Source: Candidatus Woesearchaeota archaeon (GTDB taxonomy: Archaea; Nanobdellota; Nanobdellia; Woesearchaeales; GW2011-AR4). Taken from it: a stretch of DNA of 46,088 bases. Below, piece after piece: positions 39,118-46,088 of this stretch. The notes beneath the pieces were generated by a model that was not told the DNA's origin, made no database searches, and saw only the letters and a list, made by a program, of their open reading frames with translations. The stretch is taken from positions 1-46,088 of the forward strand of contig NYYQ01000007.1 of NCBI GenBank assembly GCA_002686855.1, written 5' to 3'. Within the stretch, counting starts at the first letter, position 1, and every line of letters begins with the position of its first letter. The translations under genes and the position numbers were made by a program.

Positions 39118-39693
39118 ATGGCAAAGAAAGAAGCAGCACCAAAAACTGTACTAGAAAGAATTTATAATGTTCCTTTAAGAAGAGAGTACCTTAAGGCTCC
39201 TAACTGGAAAAGAACTCCTAAAGCAGTCAAAGCTCTAAGGCAGTTTATCTCTAAACATATGAAATCAGATAATGTTATTATTGGAAGATATGCTAATCTG
39301 CATCTTTGGAAGCACGGAATAAAAAATCCCCCCCATCACATTAAAGTTAATGCAGTTAAAGACGAGAAGGGAAAGGTTACTGCAGAGCTTGTTGACCTTT
39401 CTGGAAAAGCAAAGAGAGAGCTGGAAAAGCAAAAAGAAGTTGATAAGAAAAAAGAAGAGATAGAAAAGCAGAAAGAGGCAGAAGAAAAAGCTAAAAAAGA
39501 AGCAGAGAAAAAGAAATCTGAAGAAGAAAAGAAAGCAGAAGAAGCAAAAAAAGAGAAAGAAGGGAAAGCTAAAGAAATACAAAAAGAAGAAATCAAAGAA
39601 TTGAAAAAAGAACAGCCAAAACTACAGCCACTAAAACAAGCACCGCAACCAAAACAAGTTCAAAGACAGCCAACTGCTCCCAAGAGTCAGTGA
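39118..39693 (+). CDS. rpl31e: 50S ribosomal protein L31e with K/E-rich tail
   Basis: ERIYNVPLR, KAVKALRQFISKHMK and WKHGIKNPP. Confidence 0.95.
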   Translation: MAKKEAAPKTVLERIYNVPLRREYLKAPNWKRTPKAVKALRQFISKHMKSDNVIIGRYANLHLWKHGIKNPPHHIKVNAVKDEKGKVTAELVDLSGKAKRELEKQKEVDKKKEEIEKQKEAEEKAKKEAEKKKSEEEKKAEEAKKEKEGKAKEIQKEEIKELKKEQPKLQPLKQAPQPKQVQRQPTAPKSQ

Positions 39694-39712
39694 TTTTATT
39701 TCTTAATTATGA

Positions 39713-41170
39713 TCAATTTATTTTCAATTTTTCTAACTGGACAACCAATTTCAAAAAAATCTTTCCTTCTTTAGTTATAGAGATAATAAACGGATTTTTA
39801 TTTACCCCTTTACCCTCAATTTTAACAAAATTTCCATATTGTTTTTTCCTTAAAGTGTCTAATATTGAATCTCTCCTTATTTCTAATAACTTAGCTAACT
39901 CATTAGCAGTGGAATTATTATTTTTATTAAGAACAGCTAGATGCTTAACCATAGTTTTTGTGAAACTATGATTCAAAAATCCATCAAAAGCTTTCTTCCT
40001 TCTTTCACTATGGACTCTAAATGGAATTATGTTATTGGATAATAAAATTTTGAAGAATGAATATAGATTATTCCAGCCTCCAATCACGAAAGTTTTATTT
40101 TGTTCTTCTTTAGCTAGTTTTGATATACTAGCCTTACGCAGTATTTTTTCAAAAAGTTCCTTTTCCTGTTTATTAAAACTTAAGGTAATTTTGTGTAGTC
40201 CTGATTTATTTAATTGTGCACCTCCTTCTGCATATAATAAGCCATTCAAGGCATGGAAAGAGTTTTTTTCATCTAATCCATTTATAATTTTGTCAAAAAC
40301 AAATCTGAATAACAGAGATAAGATTGTTTTGTCAATTATTATCCTTAAATTCCCTCTAGAATTAGTTTTTAAAGCCGATTTTGATGTTGTATAAAATTGC
40401 GGATTTTTCAAGTCCAATGTATCCTTCCAATATCTCTTCGAATAATCTTTTTTGTCTAGGTCAAATAATAATATCCTAGCTCTCCACAACTCTTTGGGTA
40501 TATTAAAAATATTCTCAAATCCATCAAAGACAAATTTATGTAGCTCTGGATTCTTATTAACGAAATATAATTTAGATTTATAATGACCATCTCCATGGAT
40601 TAAGAATAACAATTCTATCAATTTCGAAGAAGATTCAATAAATCTGGGTATGGTGATTGGAATTTTCTTTTTATAGTAAATTATAATAAAATCTTTCTGT
40701 CTTGGAATAATTTTAACATTTTTATCGTAATTTATTATTTGAGCTAAATCTATTCCCTTATTACAGCTAACTAAAGCTGTATTTTTGCCAACTATCTTTA
40801 TTAAAACCTTTTCATTATTTTTTATATCTAGAATATCCACAAAATTTTTGGGTATACGTAAAAGACCCCATTCATAAACTTGAGTTACAAACTCAAGTTC
40901 TTGCTTTTCTTTACAAATCCTTATTAAAACTATATCCTTTTCATTGATGTTTATTGATTTTCTAATTTTTAATGGAATCCTAATAAAAGGACGAAGTGTC
41001 TGAGTATTAATCTTAGCAAGAAATTCACATATCGATTTTTCTTTTTTGTAAAGGTTAACAAAATTAAATGAATTTATGATTTCTTTATAATAAATTCTTT
41101 TATCTTTTATTTCTAAGCAAGGTATATTTTTCTCTTCTTTTGTTAAATTTTTATTAAATATTGTTTTCAT
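39713..41170 (-). CDS. Free-standing LAGLIDADG-like protein with AbrB-like N-terminus and C-terminal wHTH
   Basis: LLFLIHGDG and LNGLLYAEG motifs; two IRIP/LRIP AbrB-like repeats; STANELAKLLEIRRDSI HTH. Confidence 0.7.
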   Translation of the reverse strand: MKTIFNKNLTKEEKNIPCLEIKDKRIYYKEIINSFNFVNLYKKEKSICEFLAKINTQTLRPFIRIPLKIRKSININEKDIVLIRICKEKQELEFVTQVYEWGLLRIPKNFVDILDIKNNEKVLIKIVGKNTALVSCNKGIDLAQIINYDKNVKIIPRQKDFIIIYYKKKIPITIPRFIESSSKLIELLFLIHGDGHYKSKLYFVNKNPELHKFVFDGFENIFNIPKELWRARILLFDLDKKDYSKRYWKDTLDLKNPQFYTTSKSALKTNSRGNLRIIIDKTILSLLFRFVFDKIINGLDEKNSFHALNGLLYAEGGAQLNKSGLHKITLSFNKQEKELFEKILRKASISKLAKEEQNKTFVIGGWNNLYSFFKILLSNNIIPFRVHSERRKKAFDGFLNHSFTKTMVKHLAVLNKNNNSTANELAKLLEIRRDSILDTLRKKQYGNFVKIEGKGVNKNPFIISITKEGKIFLKLVVQLEKLKIN

Positions 41171-41385
41171 TTGAAATCACAATTTTACTAAATGAAACGA
41201 TAGTAAATGGTTTTAGTTTTTAAACGAAAATCATAATTTAATTGTTGAATACGGCTGACGATTTTAAATGTAAAAAATAATTTAAAAATTTTTAGGGAGA
41301 AGTCATATAAATACCTTACGCACGAATGTCCAGTGGACGAAACATTATTAAAGTCACTATTAATCTTAAAAAAGGAGGTGGGCTA

Positions 41386-42376
41386 ATGAATAAAAATTTA
41401 TTACCTTTTGAAACAGTTAAAAGAAAAATCCTTGTAAAAAAAGAAGCAGAAACTGATGATAAATTAGGATGCAGACCAAAAGAAAGAAAAACAGAAGAGA
41501 TAATTAATTATGGTGTTGTTAATATAAACAAATGCCAAGGTCCTACTAGTCATCAGATAAGCGATTATGTTCAAAAAATTCTTGGAATAACAAAAAGTGG
41601 GCATTCGGGGACTCTAGAGTAAAAATCAGAGAAATCCCCATGTCCATGGTGTTTTGCCAACAGCATTAGGCCGTGCAACAAGAATTGTGCAAACTTTGCT
41701 TACTTCTGGAAAAGAATATGTTGGAATTATGCACTTGCATAAAGATATTGATGAAAAAAAGCTAAAAGAAACAATAAAAAAGCATTTTGTAGGAAAGATA
41801 AAACAATTACCCCCCATAAAAAGCGCAGTAAGAAGACTATTAAGAACAAGAGAAATTTATTATTTTGATATTCTTGAAAAAGAAGGACAGGATGTTTTGT
41901 TTGTTGTTGGATGCCAAGCGGGAACTTACATAAGAAAATTAATTCATGATTTAGGACAGAAATTAAAAGTTGGAGCGCATATGCAGGAGCTTAGAAGAAC
42001 AAAAGCAGGACCATTCAACGAAGAAACAATTTTTTCATTGCAGGATTTAACTGATGCATTTTATTATTATAAAAAAGAATCAAATGACAAATTCTTAAGA
42101 AAAATTATACAGCCAGTAGAAAATGCTATAACACATTTACCCAAAATATGGGTTTTTGATAATGCTATTGATACAATTTGCCATGGAGCTTCTTTAAATA
42201 TTCCAGGAATTTCAAAATTAAATGATAAAATAGAGCCAGAGCAAACAGTTGCAATCATGACACTAAAAGATGAATTAATAGCATTAGGAACCTCAAAACT
42301 GAATTCTGAGAAAATATTAAAACAGGAAAAAGGCTTAGCAGTCAAAACAGATAAGGTTTTTATGGAGATAAATTAA
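41386..42376 (+). CDS. cbf5: H/ACA pseudouridine synthase Cbf5; exons 41386-41617 and 41634-42376 (324 aa spliced)
   Basis: GPTSH, GHSGTL[D]P, PPIKSAV, GTYIRKL, ELRRT and PUA domain; removing 16 nt restores the frame and the catalytic Asp. Confidence 0.93.
41618..41633 (+). other. 16-nt BHB-type archaeal mRNA intron AGTAAAAATCAGAGAA
   Basis: GGGGA/TCCCC outer helix, CTCT/AGAG central helix, AGA and AAA bulges. Confidence 0.87.
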
Positions 42377-42424
42377 TAATCACTTCTTGCTCAAATCAGG
42401 TAACCGTATTGCATCTGGTTTAAC

Positions 42425-43006
42425 CTACCCAGTTCTAAGACGATGGCCATTAGATATATAAGTTCTAATCTTATCCGTAGGAATTTCATAATCTTTTTGC
42501 ATCCTGTCAACTACACCTATGGCCCAATTAAAGAAATCTTGAGGTATTTTTTCCGCACCAAATTGTCTATCTAACCAGTGTTTAAACACTCTTCTGTTTA
42601 TAGTAAATCCTTCCTTCCGGCTGTCTGATTTTGGAAATAATTCTTCTACTTTGAGTTTACCAAATGGCCTTTTTATCTCTGCAGTTTTTTCTGATCCATC
42701 TTGTGATTCCAGATACGCTCTACCCAAATCTGCAAGCTTTCCATAAAGTTCATTTTCAACAGACAAATCTGAACCCTCTTCTATATTGCCTGCAACATAG
42801 CTGTTGGCCACTTTCGCGGTTAAATATCTTCCATCGTCTATAGCTCTTCTTTGCATTTCAACAGTATCTTCAGTAGATAAAGTAGCTAAGCCCTGGAATC
42901 TTTTCTCAAGCAATTCATACGAAATAGCTAACCCATCAACTCTTCCAACATCTTTTTCTGGAATTACTGCTAAAGCTTCTAAAATAAAGTCTATTGAGTC
43001 CATCAC
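42425..43006 (-). CDS. Hypothetical protein
   Basis: 193-aa ORF with TTTATAAA box upstream. Confidence 0.55.
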   Translation of the reverse strand: MMDSIDFILEALAVIPEKDVGRVDGLAISYELLEKRFQGLATLSTEDTVEMQRRAIDDGRYLTAKVANSYVAGNIEEGSDLSVENELYGKLADLGRAYLESQDGSEKTAEIKRPFGKLKVEELFPKSDSRKEGFTINRRVFKHWLDRQFGAEKIPQDFFNWAIGVVDRMQKDYEIPTDKIRTYISNGHRLRTG

Positions 43007-43154
43007 CTAATGTAATAGTTATTCCTTTATAAATACACCCAACCCCAACCTATATATTCTACTACAACCGTAAACTAGTATACAAAATAGTAACATTTAT
43101 ATACTAGCACCCCGATTAATATTATTCACTTATTTACGGAAATAAAGGGAAAAA

Positions 43155-43265
43155 GAGGCAGCAGGAAACAAAAATAGTTTTCTTGGTGTAAAAATAAAAA
43201 ACAAATTTTGAGGTAGCGGGAAAACAAGTTTTCCGAACATCAAAATAAAAAACAAATTTTGAGGT
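43155..43265 (+). repeat. Imperfect tandem duplication in the ftsZ leader
   Basis: AAAATAAAAAACAAATTTTGAGGT at 43191-43214 and 43242-43265. Confidence 0.8.
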
Positions 43266-43271
43266 GAAAAA

Positions 43272-44342
43272 ATGGATTTTATAGTAAAAGAAGCGGTAAA
43301 AAATACTCAACAAGTAGATTATGGCAATGTGGTAGGACAGGCAAATATAAAGGTATTTGGAGTTGGCGGCGGAGGAAGCAATATGGTTTCCTGGCTGTAT
43401 AAAAAAGGCATTAAAGGCGCTGAAATTATATCGGCTAATACTGATCAACAGCATTTAGATATAACAAATTCTGACAAAAAGATTTTGATAGGAAAAGATC
43501 TAACCCGTGGTTTAGGCTGTGGAGGATTTCCAAATAAAGGGGCAGAAGCAGCGCAAGAAAGCATCCAGGAAATTAAAGAATCACTAAAAGGAACTGATAT
43601 GATTTTTGTTTGCGCAGGCATGGGCGGAGGAACAGGAACAGGAGCAGCTCCAGTAATTGCGCAAGTTGCAAAAGAGCTAGGTTGCATAGTTATTGGAACA
43701 GTAACAATGCCTTTTAATATTGAACGTACTAGAATTGATAAAGCAGAATTTGGATTGCAGCAATTAAGACAGGTTTCTGATACTGTTATTGTAATAGATA
43801 ATAACCGCTTAGTTAATATTGCAGGAAACTTACCAGTGCAACAGGCATTTGCAGTTGCTAATGAACTAATCTCAACAATGATAAGAGGCATTGTAGAGAC
43901 AATTGCAGTTCCAAGCTTAGTTAATCTGGATTATGCAGACGTTAAAGCAATAATGACTAATGGCGGTGTAGCAGCTATTGGTGTTGGCGCATCAGATACT
44001 ACCAATCGGGTGGATGAGGCTGTTAAAGGAGCCTTAAGCAACCCTTTATTGGAGATAAGCTACAAAGGCGCAACAGGAGCTTTAATTCATATAGAAGGTG
44101 GTCCGGATATGACTCTTGATGAGGTAAGCAAAGCAGGTGAGCTAGTAACAGAAACCCTTGATGCTGATGCTAATGTCATCTGGGGAGCTCGTGTTAGCGA
44201 TGAAATGAAAGGAAAACTAACAATAATGACAATCATAACTGGAGTTAAGAGTCCATGGATTATTGGTAAAGTAGATCAAAAAACCAAGGCAGCAGAAACT
44301 GTGCATATGAGCAATGAACTCGGAATTGATTTCGCGAATTAA
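43272..44342 (+). CDS. ftsZ: Cell division protein FtsZ
   Basis: GVGGGGSN, GMGGGTGTG and VNLDYAD motifs. Confidence 0.97.
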   Translation: MDFIVKEAVKNTQQVDYGNVVGQANIKVFGVGGGGSNMVSWLYKKGIKGAEIISANTDQQHLDITNSDKKILIGKDLTRGLGCGGFPNKGAEAAQESIQEIKESLKGTDMIFVCAGMGGGTGTGAAPVIAQVAKELGCIVIGTVTMPFNIERTRIDKAEFGLQQLRQVSDTVIVIDNNRLVNIAGNLPVQQAFAVANELISTMIRGIVETIAVPSLVNLDYADVKAIMTNGGVAAIGVGASDTTNRVDEAVKGALSNPLLEISYKGATGALIHIEGGPDMTLDEVSKAGELVTETLDADANVIWGARVSDEMKGKLTIMTIITGVKSPWIIGKVDQKTKAAETVHMSNELGIDFAN

Positions 44343-44486
44343 TTTTTTTTATCTGAATTATTTTAGAATTAGTTTTTACTATCTTTTTTTATATTCTTTT
44401 TTCTTTGTTGTGGTCACACTCTTGGATAGGTTATCAATTGTTAAATAAAGAAAAGCTTTAAATTACAATTTAATATCTATAGTACT

Positions 44487-45797
44487 ATGACCAAAATATA
44501 CCTCCAGACCCATGGCTGCTCTGCAAACTTTTCAGAATCAGAAGTAATGACAGGCATATTAAAAAAATCAGGTTTCGAGATAGTTCATAGTCCGGAAAAT
44601 TCAGATACCAATATTATCAATATCTGCACTGTAAAAGGGAATGCAGTGTCATTAAAGGAAATAAAGAATTTTACCGAGCAATATCCGGATAAAAAATTAA
44701 TCATTGCAGGATGCATTACAAAAGGCATAATAAACAAAATAAGGGAAATAAACCAGGAAGCTAGTTTAATCAACACCCATAACATAAACAAAATTGTTGA
44801 AGCAGTTGAAGAAACTTTACAGGGAAATGTTCTTGAGGCAATGACATATGAGAGACTCAATAAAATAGAGCTTCCTAAGGTATCATCTAAAAAAGTAATT
44901 GATATTGTGCCAATAGCATCTGGATGCGCAGACCACTGCGCTTATTGTTCTGTCAAATTAATCAAAGGACATATCTTTTCTTATCCAGAAGAATCTATAA
45001 TCAACAGAATAAAATACAGTGTAGACAAAGGCTATAAGGAAATTTGGCTGACCAGTCAAGATAATGGCGCTTATGGTCTTGATGCAGAAAAAAGAAAACT
45101 ACCAGATTTATTAAATCAAATCCTGGATAAAGTACCGGGAAGCTATAAGATAAGGCTGGGTATGATTAATCCAAGGCACGTCATGAGCATGATAGATGAC
45201 CTTTTGCAGATTTACCAGGACGATAGGATCTTTAAATTCCTGCATATTCCAATCGAATCTGGCAACAACGAAATTCTTGGAAAGATGAACAGAAAATACA
45301 ATGTTCATAATTTTAGGGATATGGTTGAGAAGTTTAGGACATATGTAAAAGGCATAACCATAGCAACTGACATCATAGTTGGATTTCCCACAGAAACAGA
45401 ATTGCAATTTCAGGACTCTTTGCATTTAATCCAGGATGTAAAGCCAGACATCATTAACATTGCAAGGTATTCTGCAAGGCCAAGAACCCCAGCAGCAAGA
45501 ATGAAACAGATACCATCAAATATAAAAAAGGAAAGAAGCAAAGCCATGACAGAACTGCACCAAAGAATTTCCCTCTTGCAAAACAGGAAATGGGTAGGAT
45601 GGCGTGGAAAAATTATAATAGATGAAAAAGGAAAAGACAACACTTGGGTAGGAAGGAATTTTGCATACAAGCCAGTAATACTCCAAGGAAACTTTAATCC
45701 TGGAGATGTAGTTGATGTCAAGATAGTCTATGTAGGTGTTTATGACTTAAAGGGAAAGGTTTTGGAAGAAGAAATAAATCAAATTGAAAAACAATAA
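44487..45797 (+). CDS. tRNA methylthiotransferase (MtaB/CDKAL1-like radical SAM, TRAM domain)
   Basis: THGCSAN, NICTVK, CADHCAYC and TDIIVGFP motifs. Confidence 0.92.
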   Translation: MTKIYLQTHGCSANFSESEVMTGILKKSGFEIVHSPENSDTNIINICTVKGNAVSLKEIKNFTEQYPDKKLIIAGCITKGIINKIREINQEASLINTHNINKIVEAVEETLQGNVLEAMTYERLNKIELPKVSSKKVIDIVPIASGCADHCAYCSVKLIKGHIFSYPEESIINRIKYSVDKGYKEIWLTSQDNGAYGLDAEKRKLPDLLNQILDKVPGSYKIRLGMINPRHVMSMIDDLLQIYQDDRIFKFLHIPIESGNNEILGKMNRKYNVHNFRDMVEKFRTYVKGITIATDIIVGFPTETELQFQDSLHLIQDVKPDIINIARYSARPRTPAARMKQIPSNIKKERSKAMTELHQRISLLQNRKWVGWRGKIIIDEKGKDNTWVGRNFAYKPVILQGNFNPGDVVDVKIVYVGVYDLKGKVLEEEINQIEKQ

Positions 45798-45939
45798 AAA
45801 TTTAATGAAAAAGATAACACTGATAAAAATAAATGCCAATAATTAATAAAAAACATCAATAACTGAAAAAACAAAGCCAATTAAAAAACAATTCAATTTA
45901 AAAATCAAAAAATTATATTCAATAAAAACCTTGAAACAA

Positions 45940-46055
45940 CAAAATTCCACTTATCGTGATAAGTGGTCTGAAAGTAAACGTACGATGCGCATGGAATTTT
46001 GTGTGCTCAAAAACCATCCATAATAAGTGGAATTTTGAGCGTCAAAAACCACTTA
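45940..46055. repeat. Nested palindromic / MITE-like element
   Basis: 15-bp perfect inverted repeat at 45940-45954 and 46023-46037; internal CCACTTATC-GT-GATAAGTGG hairpin. Confidence 0.7.
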
Positions 46056-46088
46056 ATGTGAGGCTAATGAAATCATGCCACCCATCTC

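Noticed and set aside
38302..39596. Phe/Ser-rich antisense ORFs
   Set aside because: Reverse-strand shadows of the K/E-rich ribosomal protein tails
41326..42376. cbf5 as a pseudogene or two separate genes
   Set aside because: Precise 16-nt excision at a BHB motif restores the catalytic motif, and there are no other lesions

Overview
AT-rich archaeal chromosomal segment. Archaeal informational genes (rpo6/rpoK, rps17e, rps19e, rpl39e, rpl31e, cbf5, ZPR1, Lhr, PDCD5-like, ftsZ, MtaB-like) sit beside bacterial-type metK, coaD, coaE, folC and thiC, which suggests a DPANN, Woesearchaeota-like organism (inference). The left half holds a de novo purine cluster (purM, purB, purC, purE, purS, purQ, purL, divergent purF) plus thiC, interleaved with toxin-antitoxin and orphan genes. 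Main unusual signals: (1) cbf5 is split inside its catalytic Asp codon by a 16-nt bulge-helix-bulge type intron, next to a free-standing AbrB-LAGLIDADG-wHTH gene; (2) metK and purB are each followed by two orphan, diverged copies of their own 3' tips separated by cargo genes and gene scars, and both metK tips begin at an identical 10-bp junction motif; (3) PurM, and PurB across a 1-nt frameshift, carry N-terminal wHTH fusions; (4) a fixed-spacing ACTAC...TATA promoter motif precedes several orphan genes; (5) an unannotated four-microprotein operon and GC-rich palindromic elements, one of them inside a CDS. I saw no tRNA, rRNA, CRISPR array, integrase or transposase.
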